Positions 46,019 to 57,392 of a stretch of 57,392 nucleotides of DNA are shown here, in pieces. Source of the DNA: Prorocentrum cordatum (taxonomy: Eukaryota); the NCBI GenBank assembly GCA_963575745.1, contig CAUYUJ010000032.1, forward strand, positions 62,001 through 119,392. The letters run 5' to 3'. The notes beneath the pieces are model-generated. The model saw only the letters and a list, made by a program, of their open reading frames with translations. It was not told the DNA's origin and did no database searches. Position 1 is the first letter of the stretch. Each line of letters opens with the position of its first letter. Position numbers and translations under genes: made by a program.

Positions 46019-46216
46019 TCGGGCCGAACGAAAGGGGGGGGGATAGGGAAAGGGGGGGTTACGAAATCTGCTGCATGCAGCTGGTTTCGGCTCCGCCGCG
46101 GGGCCCATTCCTCGATACGTGGGCGCCTCCTGGCGCCGGGATGCGCCGGGAACATCAGCTACGTGAGCTGATTCTCACCCCCCTTCTTTGCTATCCCCCC
46201 CTTTCGCCCGGCCCGA
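46019..46216. mobile_element. MITE with TCGGG...CCCGA termini, 5-bp TSD AGGTC
   Basis: TIR tcgggccg..cgaaagggggggg(g)atag; perfect TSD at 46014-46018 and 46217-46221. Confidence 0.9.
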
Positions 46217-46619
46217 AGGTCCTTCGTGGCACAAGTGAGAACCCCAAAGTGCCAGCACTGTTTGGGGAATATACCGGTTCTATGAGAGTGCATGCTGGTA
46301 TCCCGATGTGTGTCCATTCGTGAGCTGGATTGTGTGTCGAATGCAGATCACAGATGACATTACCCCCCAACCTCCTTATCACCCGAAGGGTGGTCTATGA
46401 GGTAATGAACGTGGGCCTGCGGCTGCTGCAGGGGTTCCACACGCTCTGAGTGTGGGGATCTCCAGGCGGGGGATGAAAGTAGCACGAGGGGGCGAACAGA
46501 TAGGATGTGGGAGTAGTCTGGAGGTGGAGTGCTGGGGGTGGGTGGGTATCAGTCGTGGACTGAAGGAAGAGCTTTGGACGCGAGGGAGGTGCGTGTGCCA
46601 GCAGAGCAGAGACGGGTGT

Positions 46620-47650
46620 CCGTTGAACGATTGTCGTGCCAGGCCAGAGTGGACCGTCCTTACTGTCTCGTCTTGAGAGGGTTGATGTTGCGGGCAGACG
46701 CTCAGCCCGCACAACCAGGGCGCGCAGTTCCAGGCGGTGCGCTGGTCTTTCTCAGCAGGCTTTGCTTCGTGTGGTCCGCTCCCTTGGCGACTATTGGGGG
46801 AAGGCCGTGATTCGGGCGGAAAGCAGACACTGAACAGCATGGGAGCATGGGCTCGGAATCCACTGTTCAGAAGCCAGGTGCCCAACACGGTGAGTTACCT
46901 TGAGATGTCGTTGTATCAATGGACGGTCGGTAGGCTGGCTCTCACAAGGGGATGAATTCGCAATTAAACCCGCCGCTGACGGCACGATCTCGGAGTCTCG
47001 GTGAGCGCACGCATCCATGTCGGCAGCTAGATCCCGACGAAGTCTTCAAAACCCTTAACAGTACGGTATATCCCCAGGACGATTTTTTTCCTATTGAGGT
47101 TTGAAGTTTGAAGGTGGGCCCGGAACGACGGCTTGAAGTTTTGAGCAGACGTGTATGAGATAACCGCCGTGGGATTCAATTCAGTTCGCGCGGATCCAAT
47201 TTTGGTTTTGCTTTCTGTTTCGGTGGATCCGATTTCCGTCCGCACGGATCTGATTTCGGATTTTCTGGATCCGCGTCCGTTTTTTTTTTTCACGGCGGAT
47301 CCGATTTCTATCCCGTTTGAAATATGAATTAAATACGAAAATAAAAGCGGGGAACCAGAAGAAACAGGATCCGCGGACCCCGGAACCCGCCTGTGTGAAG
47401 ACTCAACGGGGGAGGGGGGTTTTGTCATCAACCTCCCAAGATGGGTTCTGCGCTGTCTTGCGCAGTCCCATCAACTTTCCGCGCGTCCAGGCCCCATTCA
47501 ACATGCATACATCTCTCTCCTCCCGGTTGCTGCGCGCAGCTCGTCCAGACGCCTTCAGTTCGGCGGTGCCGATGTTACCTCGTGAACTCCTCATCGCCAT
47601 TTTCAGCGCAAGAGGAACATTTTTCTTCCTGCGTAGCCTCATCCCGCATT
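46620..47650 (-). pseudogene. Possible ancient relic of an RNase-H-bearing non-LTR element
   Basis: Fragments in the expected order on the minus strand: CMLNGAWTRGKL (about 47500), ACAHRDSEIVP (about 47000), AHRLELRALVV...RDSKD (about 46740-46650). Confidence 0.3.
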
Positions 47651-47729
47651 GAAGAACCCCCCCTTCTGGCACAAGGATAACGCTTATCCCGCACCGGAAG
47701 CGTTATCCCAGGAGCGCAAGGATGATGTG

Positions 47730-48445
47730 GCTATCGCCTTAGCGCCGCGCGCATTCGCTTCAAAATTTTGCAAGAGTTTCACGGGTGGAGGCCGTTTGTG
47801 GCTCCCGTTTTAAGGCCCCGCACATTCGCTTCAAACAGTTGCAAGCGTTTCACGGATGGAGGGCGGTATTTTTCAAAATGTGTTTCACGGATGTGCGCCG
47901 CGCTAAGGCTAGAGCTATATCTCTAAACGGAGCCGCCCACAAATTCGTGAAATTCGTGCAATGTTTTATAGCTAGTGTGTGCGGCGTTAAGGCGAGAGTC
48001 ATATTTTGAAACCGAGGCGCCCTCAATCCGTGAAATTCTTGCACAAATTTTAAAGCGAGTGTGCGCGGCGCTAAGGTGAGAGCTAGATTTAGAACACGAG
48101 CCGACTTCAATCCGTGAAACTTCGTGCACATGTTTATAAACAAAAACCAATGTGGGCGGCTCTACGGTTAGAGCTATATTTTGAAACCGAGCCGCCCTCA
48201 ATCCGTGACATCCATGCATTTTGATAGCTAATGTGCTCGGCGCTAAGACGAGAGTAACATTTTAAAACCGAGTCGCCCTCAATCCGTGAAGCTCGTGCAC
48301 ATACAAATGAAACAAACGAGTGCGCGCGGCGCTAAGGCGAGAGGTATAGTTTGAAACCGATCCGCCCTCAATCCGTTTAAGTCGTGTCGTTTTGAAAGCG
48401 AATGTGCGCGGCGCCAAAGCGAAACATCGATTTTGAAAACACGCC
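47730..48445. repeat. ~83-bp subrepeats of the GAG-flanked element in opposite orientations (switch near 47885)
   Basis: cgccttagcgccgcgcgcattcgc (reverse) followed by gtgcgcggcgctaaggcgag (forward). Confidence 0.75.
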
Positions 48446-49728
48446 TTTTTTTGTTTTGTTTTTTTGTGTTCGGCGCGGTGCTAAAGTTATCAATTCGCTT
48501 AAACCGCGCTCGACAATTTATCTGTTGTGCGGTGCTAAGATAACGGGGGGGGGGTCCGTAGATGCTTCAGGAGGTTAACTAGGGCAGCCGATCAAGGAAA
48601 TCGTTCAATGGGCGGCTCTTGGCGCAATCCCACCAGGTGTTAAGTACGCATCTTTCACGGCGGCATTGCCATCCACCGAGGGACGCCCATCGGGCTTAGT
48701 AGTTACAATGGCTCCCCATAGAGTGTTTGCACTTAGGGGTTCTTGCATCTGTTCTAAGGAACGTTTTGGGGGGATGTCGGTCTGGCGGCTATGTTGTCGC
48801 CGTCGCCGCCCCGTCTCCACCTCGTCGCCGCCAGTCGTCTGGGGGGGGTTGTCGGTCTGGCGGCTATGTTGTCGCCGTCGCCGCCCCGTCGCCGCCCGTT
48901 GTCAAGGCCTGATTGTCGGTCTGGCGGCTGCGTTATCGCCGTCGCCGCCCCGTCGCCGCCTAACTCGCACAACGTAGATTGCACAGCATACACTGTTCAC
49001 TATAGATTGTACAACATACAACTCCGCAGAAGTATGCTGCACCGCTTATATTGCACCACGTAGGTTGCACAGCATATATTGCACCACGTTGATGACACCA
49101 TATATAGTTTGCACCACTTGTCACTTAGATTGGCATTGTACCGACCGCGTAAGTCGCGCACCCCATCTATTACACTACGTGTATTGCACCTCGTAGAGTG
49201 CACGACATCTACTGCACCACATGTATTGCACAATATGGATTGCACAACATAGATTGCATACCAGACATTGCACCACATCGTTTGCGCAACATACTTGCTT
49301 CACATCTGTTGCATACCATTTGTTGCTAGAAACACACTGTTTGGGGTCCACTCTGGCCAACACGTTGTATCCAATGATCTGTGTACAGCCGTGTTGCAAC
49401 GATGAGGAGTTCTCCTTCTCTGACTGGGCCCGAGATTTCAATAATGGCTTCGAGCATGTGGACATTGGATGGTAGATGTCTGAGAAGCGAGGGTTCTTTC
49501 GGGGCTTGCCGCATGATCTCTGCGTTCGGACGAGAAAATGCTTCCCCGAGCGCTGTGAACCGCAGACCTCTCGCTCGCGACTTTCTTGTTCGCTCGCTCG
49601 AGCGAGCGAGCAGGCAAGTGAACACCATGCACTGCATGTCCCGCTCGCCCGACCCGCCCCAGCCGTTCGCTCGCTCGAGCGAGATGGCCCCTTCCCGCCC
49701 TCTCCGCTCGCTCTCCCACTCGCTCGCT

Positions 49729-49905
49729 TTGAGTCGGGCCTGTCCCTCTACAGGAGGAATATTCAAGAATAGCTCAAGCATAGTCTGGGGACGATTCTTT
49801 TTTCTGGGGGGGGGGCATTTTTAAAAATTCTTTTTGGATATTTTCGGGGTGTACCAATACTTTTTCACCAAGAATGCCCCTGTATGGGGGACAGGCCCGA
49901 CCTGA
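49729..49905. mobile_element. MITE family H
   Basis: TIRs; TSD cgctcgct/ggctcgct. Confidence 0.85.
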
Positions 49906-50826
49906 GGCTCGCTGCGTCGCCTTCCCCCCCCCCGCCCCGCGCTCGCCGGCCCGCTCTCTCGCGCGCCCGCCGAAGCGGGCGAGCGGGCAAGCGAGTCACC
50001 GAGCCAGGTGGCGTGCGAGCGACCGCCGTTTCGCTCACTCGCTCCACAACCGCCCCGCTCGACGGCCCGCGCGCTCGCTCGCCCGACCCTCCGCCTCGCG
50101 GTGCCCGACTCCCTCGCCCGCCCGCGCGAGCGATCGAGCGAGCGGGCGACGCGGGGTTCTCGCCCTCGGAGGAGGGCGAGGCAGCCATGCCACTGCCCTT
50201 CGCCCGCTCTCCCTTCTCTTTGGGCCTCGTGGGAGGCCCTCGTCGCCACCGCTGGACCCTGGCCTCGGAGTTTTGGTCAGGACGCACCCAGGGAGAGGTC
50301 CGGGGAGTAGCGCTCCCAGTGCCTTTTGGTTTCCCCATGCCCTGCCCGACATCTGAGTTTCGGTGCTCCGGCGCTCCCGCCGAGCTCGAGGAGGGCCGCC
50401 CCTCCGGGGCACACATCGGCGCCTGGCTTTGCCTTGCCTTGCCTTGCCATGCCCTGCCCGACGTAGGAGCGCCCCCCGAAATTTCAAAGTTGGCACGCGC
50501 GGGGAAGACTGCGGTCGAAGTGCAACTCCTCCAGCCCACCGCCAACCTTGATCACCCGGGGGAGGGGCATTGGCACGTGACTGTGGCATGCGTGCTCGCT
50601 GATTCTGAATCGGGCGTGTCCCTCTGCAGGAGGAGTATTCAAAAGTAGTCCAAACATAGTCTGGGGACGTTCTTTTGTTTTTTGTTTTTTGTTTGTTTGT
50701 TGTTTTTTTCTTTTTGAGGCCTGTTGCACCGAGCTGTGCATCCGGTCGGGCCCCGGGCGTGTGCTCTGGAGGGGCCCGCGGCCGTGCCCTGGGTCGGCAC
50801 CGCCCGGCCGCATGGATGCGACAGGT

Positions 50827-51009
50827 TTAGGTCGGGCGCGTCCTTCTGCAGGAGGAATAGCCAAGAATAGTAAAACTATAGTCGGGGGGCGTTTTTTTTG
50901 TTTGCGTTGTCGGGGGATGGAGAAAAGAACCCCAAAACTATGTGTGGGTATGTTTGGGGTATTTTTTTTTCGTCCAAAATCCGCCTGGAGGGGGGCATGC
51001 CCGACCTAA
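50827..51009. mobile_element. MITE family H (partial copy also at 50605-50715)
   Basis: Perfect TTAGGTCGGGC/GCCCGACCTAA ends; TSD cgacaggt/cgatgggt. Confidence 0.85.
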
Positions 51010-51524
51010 CGATGGGTGCGCCAGCCACGCTAGGGTGGCGCGCACGCGGCGGGGGGGGGAGGAGGAGGAGGGGTGGAGGAGGAGGGGGGAGGCGGAGGAG
51101 GAGGAGGAGGAGGAGGAGGAGGAGGAGGAGGAGGAGGAGGGGAGGACGGCCACGCCGGGGTGGCGCGCACGCGGCGGGGGGGAGGAGGAGGGTTGAGGAG
51201 GAGGGGGAAGGAGGGGGAGGAGGAGGAGGAAGATGAGGAGGAGGAGGAGGAGGAAGAGGAGGAGGAGGAGGAGGGGGAAGGAGGAGGAGAAGGAGAGGCA
51301 CTCCCCTAGAGGCCCCCCGCTTCGTCGGGCATCTTGCGGTCTAGAAGCTCCTGGCGGGCGCTCTCTGGCCGCACCGCTCGGGAAGCGATGTGCCACAGGA
51401 TTCTGTGCTGCACGTGCGGGTCGGGCGTGCGTCTCCAACGTCATGCGTTGGCCTCTCCATTCCTCGGAAGAGGAGGAGGAGGAGGAGGAGGAGGAGGAGG
51501 AGGAGGAGGAGGAGGAGGAGGAGG

Positions 51525-52470
51525 ACGGACCAGTGGAAACGCAAGAGTCATTAACGATGTCACCCTCCCTCCAAGCTCCCTCTTCACAGACCCCTACAAA
51601 GGTTCATTTCCATTGAGGGAACTGCCTCGTTGGAAGACAACAGTTTGCAGATCCTGAAGCGTGCCAAAACATTGTTCTCGGGATCTCAACGCCACGTATC
51701 AACTTGACTGCTGCGTCTTGAAGATCCAGAATCTTACCAGGACGCCTTTTTGGGACTTCAGCACAGCGAATCGACATAACTACTGCGCCCGCATAATCCG
51801 GAATCCATTCAAAACACAATTTCTGGTACGTTGATCATGGGAATCCGTGAAACCCTTACACTTTTGAAACGAATGTGCGCGACGCTAAGGCGAGAACCAC
51901 ATTCTGAAAAGGAACCGCCTTCAATCCGTGAAACTGTTGCACATTTTGAAAGCGAAGCTGCGCGGCGCTAAGGCGAGAGCCACATTTTGAAATCCACCCG
52001 CCCTCAATCCGTAAAACTGCTGCAAATTTTGAAACATAATGTGCGCGGCGCTAAGGCGACAGCCACTTTTTGAAAACCACCCGCCCTCAATCCGTGAAAC
52101 TCTTGCACATGTTTAAAACGAATGTGCGCGGCGCTAAAGGGGAGAGTCACATTTTGAAAACCACCCGCCCTCAATCCGTGAAACTCTTGCAAATTTTGAA
52201 AGCGAATGTGCGCGGTGCTAAGGTGAGAGCCACATGTTGAAAATCACCAGCCCTCAATCCGAAATTCTTGCATTTGTTCAAGAGAATGTGCACGGCGCTG
52301 AGGCGAAAGTCACATTTTGAAAACGACCCGCCCTCTATCTGTGAAACTGCTGTCACTTTTTAAGCTTCATAATCAAAAATGGTGAGGAACTCTCAGGCGA
52401 AACGCCAGGCCCGCCCCCTAAGAATTGGTCTCGGGGTGCGACAGGGAGGAGCTATCTATAAGGAGAAGGA
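51525..52470 (+). mobile_element. (GAG)n-flanked element, copy B
   Basis: Homologous to 4665-5420; subrepeat starts at 51958, 52041, 52124 and 52208. Confidence 0.8.
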
Positions 52471-53723
52471 ATGGAGGAGGAGGAGGAGGAGGAGGAGGAG
52501 GAGGAGGAGGAGGAGGAGGAGGACGAGGAGGAGGAGGAGGAGAACGGTGCGGCTAGATGTGCTATGCGTTGTGCGTCCCACATTATGCGAGGATTTTGTC
52601 CACTGCTGCTCTGGCTGCCCTTTTGCAGCTGGGGCTCGGCGCGTGTAGACCCCGGGCAGGCGGCGCGAGGCGAGGCGATGGGGCTCCCGCAGTCCACCGC
52701 TCTCTCTGGCTCCGGCGGCGAGCTCGAACATGACCTCCATCGCCGAGGTTAGGACAGCCCAAGCCCCACGAGACGGCCCAAGAGGGCCCCCAGGACGACC
52801 CAGGAGAGCCCCAGGACGACCTCCCAAAAGCCCCCACGAGGGCCCCCCAGAGGTCCTGCGCCAGCGTCGTCCTTGTTCTGGGGGTCGGCGGAATGGCGTA
52901 AGTGTCTTGGATATGACCACCATCGCCGATATTGGTGTCGGTGCCACCCTCTGGGCCTTCGCCTTCTCTTGGCGGCGAGCGAGGGGGGGAAGTGAGAATG
53001 AGAGGGCCTTCTCGGAAGGCGGCGGGGCTTCTTAGAAGCCCTCGCGCCTTCTGAGAAGCTGTTTGTGCCTTCGGGGAAGGCTTAGAAGACTTTTCAGAAA
53101 GCCTTGGGCCCTCTGAGCCGTCCGAGAAGGCCCGCCCCTTCTCATTTCCCCCCTCGCTCGCTGCCAATGAGCCGCTCTGCATGGCTGGGTACTGGGCGGG
53201 CTGGTACAGAACTGGCTCGCCCGCAGATGCACATTCATGACAGATGTCTGCTATCCGAGCTGACACCTCCCTCCTTCTCCCCCCCCGCGCCTGCCGCTCT
53301 CTCCTCCCTCTCGTTCTCTTGCACGCCGGACACTTTGCCTGTCGGTGACCCCGATTGGCCCGACGCTGGTGCGGATCGCCTGCACCTCGCCGCCGACGGA
53401 CAAAAAGCTTTCCAAGCTGAGCTTGTGGCGGCATGTTCAGATGTGGCTGCAGAGTTTGCTCGAGAATTGGCCTGCTCCACGCGGTGGTGAGGGGAGTCGT
53501 TGGCACTTGTATCGATGAGGCAACCTGGGGCGGCAAGCAGAAACAGAAACGATCTCCCTCAGTACTTGAAGCTTAGAGTGCAGCGCACCGTCGGGAGCCG
53601 ACCTGGGCTCTGGCCGGCCGAGCCGCCGACTGCGGCAAGCAGCTGCAGCAGCACCACCGGCCCAGACAGGCTGGGCCCGAGCCCCTCCACACGAGCCTCT
53701 CGCGCGCCGCCTCGCGCTCTCGC

Positions 53724-53754
<31 letters not shown>

Positions 53755-53772
53755 CGCACACGGTGCCCAAGA

Positions 53773-54067
53773 AGCTGCCGGGAGGCCGAGGCCGCCCTCG
53801 CCCAGGTGGTCTCGGCCACCAGGCCCGTGCGGCTGCCTGCATCGGCGGTGTTCTTCTTCTTCTGCTTCTCCCTCGGCCCCCCGCCGTGGCCGCCGCCGTA
53901 CGTGGCCGCCACGACCGTCGCCCTGGCCGTCGCCGTCGCCACCGCCGCCGTCGTCGCCGCCGTCCCCGCGGGCCTGGGGCCGGCGCAGCGCAGGGGGCCG
54001 AGCGGCGGCGGCGGCCCCGGCGGCTGCCCGGAGGTGGGCATGGACGCCCTCCAGCTGCTGAGGCAGG
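53773..54067 (+). CDS. Putative exon of a fragmented host gene (hydrophobic, membrane-like)
   Basis: Strong GC3 bias in the frame EAEAALAQVVSATRP..VFFFFCFSLG..VALAVAVATAAVV; preceded by (CT)n and AG; boundaries uncertain. Confidence 0.3.
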
Positions 54068-54104
54068 GGATCTCCCCGGCGCAGGCTCGCGCTGGGGGCG
54101 AAGG

Positions 54105-54310
54105 TTGAGTCGGGCACCTCCCTCTGTAGGAGGGATCTTCAAAGTAGGAAAGAAATGCTTTGGGGAAGATGTATGGACTATTCTTGACAATTCTTGAATA
54201 TACATCTTTTTTTTGTTCTTTATTTTTGATGTTATACATTTTTTATGTTTTTTGTTTTGTTTTGTATTTTTCGTCCAAAATCCGCCTGCAGGGGGACACG
54301 CCCGACCCAA
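54105..54310. mobile_element. MITE family H
   Basis: TIRs; TSD ggcgaagg/ggctaagg. Confidence 0.85.
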
Positions 54311-55450
54311 GGCTAAGGAAGGGGGGGACGGATCCATGAAGCGCAAATGTGGATGCAGGCGCGTGGATTTGCGACGGGCCCCTTTTCCGTGCAGACTCGA
54401 CGCGATCCGTCGCCAAGCGAGGCGGCGTTGGCTTCAGGTTTCGGGGGGGGGGGGGGGGGTACTTTGCCCGATCCGTGCCTCTGGCGCCCAGCGCGCCAGA
54501 TCCACGGATGCCTGATCCATTTTAGCGTGTGCCCGAACGGAGTGGGAGAGGGGAGGGTGGGCGGGGGTAAGCGCCCTGGAGAGGGACGATCAAGGAGGGA
54601 GGGAGGGGGCGAGTGGAGGGAGGGAGGGAGGGGTATATGTGTGTGTGTGTGTGTGCGTGTGTGTTTGAGTGTGTATAATTTGCTCAGGGTGCCGCGTCGC
54701 TGTTTCTGGCCCGCTGTGCTTCAGCGCGACACGCTGGCCGCGCAGCGCCCCACTGGCCGCAGCGTCTCCCGAGCTGTTCCCGGCCCCCCGAGCTGTCCGC
54801 GGGGCAGCGCGATGGGCTCTCCCTCCCCTCGTGCAGGGCACGGCGCGTCGCCTGGGCCGCCGCCGCGACGCGCTGCGCGAGATCTCCCCGACTGCAGATC
54901 TCGTCGCCCTACCGCTCCTGCTCCATCGCGCTCTTCCTCCGCCCGCTGGCCGCGGCGAGCTTGCCGCGTGCGTTCCAGGTCGAACGCCGCCCGTGGCCCA
55001 GGAGCGGTCAGCATGGAGCGATCCGGCTGGCGATCGTTTCGGGTTGAACGATCCACGCGGTGTCAGAGAATGGTGGCGGGGTCGTGACGACACGAACCTG
55101 CCCGAGATCTCGTCGCTCTACCTCTGCTGCTCCATCGTCCTCGTCCTCCCTCCGCTGGCTGCCCCGTCGTGCTCGCGCTCCTCCCGCCGACCGCGGTGGC
55201 GTGACGAGGTGGATCAAGCAGTGGCGAAGCGTCCCGAGCTGCCTGTTGGCCCGTCGCGACATGTTCTTAGAACAGTTCTGGGATGTACTTTCCTGTTATA
55301 ATGCGACGGCTGTATGTTCTCAGAGTGTTGCTTGTGTTACTCGAGTGCCCTTCCGTTCTAAGAGCAAATAGTGGTGGGCCTATAGGTATGCTGGGACGGT
55401 CGTTTCCCGCTCAAATCGTGCTCGCGCTCCTCCTGCTGGCCGTGGCGGCG

Positions 55451-55627
55451 TGACTCACCACCCACCAAACCACCCCAACCCAACCCGAAGGCCCAAACTT
55501 GCCCTCCATTCCCAGTGGGGGGAGGCGTCGGGAAACATAGAAAAAACACGTGTGGAACCCGTACCCCCCTTAATCCGACATTCAGGTCTTCGGGTCGGGT
55601 TGGGGTGGTCTGGTAGTTAGGCAGTCG
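55451..55627. mobile_element. MITE with ~45-bp TIRs and a probable 9-bp TSD (Mutator-like)
   Basis: accaaaccaccccaacccaacccgaag is inverted to cttcgggtcgggttggggtggtctggt; TSD gtggcggcg/gtggcgggg. Confidence 0.65.
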
Positions 55628-55795
55628 GTGGCGGGGCGGAGGCGGGGACGCGGCGGCGACGGGGAGGGGCCCTCCCTGGGCGGGCAGAAGCGGGGCGCGC
55701 AGCGGCGGCGCAGCCTCCCCCTCCCGGCTGCGCAGGTCGCGGGGCCGGCGCATGCTCCGCAGCTGCACGTGGGGGGGGGGTGGGGGGGTCCTTTG

Positions 55796-55990
55796 TAGGG
55801 GAATAGAAAGCGACATGAACATGAAAACTCGGAGGTCCGCGCGGATGACTCGGATCGGCGCTGGGGCCCCCCGACGGCGCCTCCGGCGCCGCCCCTGGCG
55901 CGCTCCGCGCGCCATGGGAGGGAGTCCAGCGCCGATCCGAGGAATCCCTGCGGACCTCCGAGTTTGTTTATGCCACTTTTTGTTCCCGTA
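55796..55990. mobile_element. Hairpin MITE with ~65-bp TIRs, 5-bp TSD CTTTG
   Basis: aaactcggaggtccgc..ctcggatcggcgctgg is inverted to ccagcgccgatccgag..gcggacctccgagttt; TSD at 55791-55795 and 55991-55995. Confidence 0.85.
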
Positions 55991-56255
55991 CTTTGCCAGG
56001 GGCAGCGTTCAGGTGGGGGGGGCGTGGGCTCAGGAGAGGCTCGAGGTGCGAGGTCTTCGTGCGCGGTCGTCGGTCCATGGGCAGTTTCCAGCCTCGGGGT
56101 GCGCTCCAGTAGCTGCGCCTCGCAGTTCCGGTGCTGCCCGCATCGTCCCGAACGGCTGCCAGAGAGGAGGAGGGAGGAGGAGGAGGAGGAGGAGGAGGAG
56201 GAGGAGGAGGAGGAGGAGGAGGAGGAGGAGGAGGAGGAGGAGGAGGAGGAGGAGG

Positions 56256-56945
56256 CGACTCAGCAATGACATTGTAATTTACCCTCCCTCCAAGTTCCCA
56301 CAGGGGCCACTACACGGATTCATTTTTATTTAGGGAAGTGCCCCGTTGGAAGTCAACCGTTTGAAAATCCAGAACTGTGCGAGAACACCATTCCTGGGAC
56401 TTCAACGCCGCGAATTACCGTTACTGTTGCGTTTTGACGATCCTGAATCGTGCCAGAATGCAATTCCTGGGACTTCAACACCGTGAATCAACGTAATTGT
56501 TGCACCCTGACAGTCCGACATCGTGCCCAAACACCATTTCTGGGACGTTCACATTGAAAATCCATGAAACTGTCGTTAGCTCTTAAAACGAATGTGCGCC
56601 TGCGCCAAGGCGAGAGCCAAATGTTGAAAACGGCCCGCCCGCCATCCGTGAAACCCTGTCAGTTTTTAAGACGAATGTGCGCGGTTCCTCGGGCGAGAGC
56701 CACATTTTGAAAACAGTCTGCCCTCCATCCGTGAAGCGTTTGCAAGTTTTTGAGGCGATTGTGCGCGGTTCCAAGGCGAAAACCACATTTTGCAAACGGC
56801 CCGCCCTCCATCCGTGAAATTCTGGCAAGTTCTCAGCTGAAGGATCATACATCGTGAGGACGTCTCAAGCGAAACGCCCGGCCCGCCCTACCGACAGGCC
56901 TCGGGGTGCGACAGGGAGGAAATGTTTAGCAGGAGAAAGGATGGA
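56256..56945 (+). mobile_element. (GAG)n-flanked element, copy C
   Basis: Homologous to copies A and B; GAG tracts on both sides. Confidence 0.78.
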
Positions 56946-57392
56946 GGAGGATGGGGAGGAGGAGGAGGAGGAGGAGGAGGAGGAGGAGGAGGAGCAGGAG
57001 GAGGGGGAGGAGGAGGAGGAGGAGGGACGCCAGACCCGATGCAGGCCTGGGCGGTTTGCGCGTTTTCAATAGGCATCCTTCTGTGGAGGCCGAACGAAAC
57101 CGAAAACGGATCAGAAAACCAAGCAACCACAACCCCCCCCCAAAAAAAAACCCAAACAAACTTTCGAATCTAATCTGGCGGTCGACCACGGAATTGTACC
57201 TGAAAGTTTTTCCCAACCATCCTGTGGTGTTGGGTCCTCGTTTTGAAGAGACGGTGCCCCGCGTTCCCCTCCTCCTTCCTCCTCCCCCTCCTCCCTCCTC
57301 CCCCTCCTTGCCTCTGCTCTCGGCACACCTCTCACGCGTTTCGTAGCCCCATAGGGAGCTCCACCGAAGGCCCCAGTGGGGGTGTTCGCATG

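Noticed and set aside
47185..47390. CGGATCC-rich segment as a discrete transposon
   Set aside because: Motif repeats are visible, but no convincing TIR or TSD could be defined.

Overview
Repeat-dense, GC-rich eukaryotic DNA, almost certainly from a dinoflagellate: it carries a perfect 22-nt dinoflagellate spliced leader (DinoSL) at 24366-24387 and a relic copy at 9753-9774. There is one convincing intact host gene, an intronless, SL-tagged retrogene (9808-12063) encoding a membrane-anchored protein with an RgpF-like domain and a WbsX/GH99-like domain, an architecture typical of bacteria. The centre is a nested retroelement cluster: (1) a decayed but full-length L1/Tx1-like LINE that begins exactly with DinoSL and lies between (TA)n tracts (24366-29459); (2) a complete Ty1/Copia element with 122-bp LTRs and a GCGTT target-site duplication (TSD) (29470-36688), whose pol has a degenerate cytosine-methyltransferase-like domain before RT and whose leader holds an extra ORF; (3) an RTE-like LINE with a TAATG-coupled ORF1/ORF2 junction (about 40330-45269). 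The rest is micro/minisatellites, a nested foldback element, several MITE families (5-, 8- and 9-bp TSDs) and a non-coding element flanked by (GAG)n in all three full copies. All domain and family calls are from motif recognition by eye; no database search was run.
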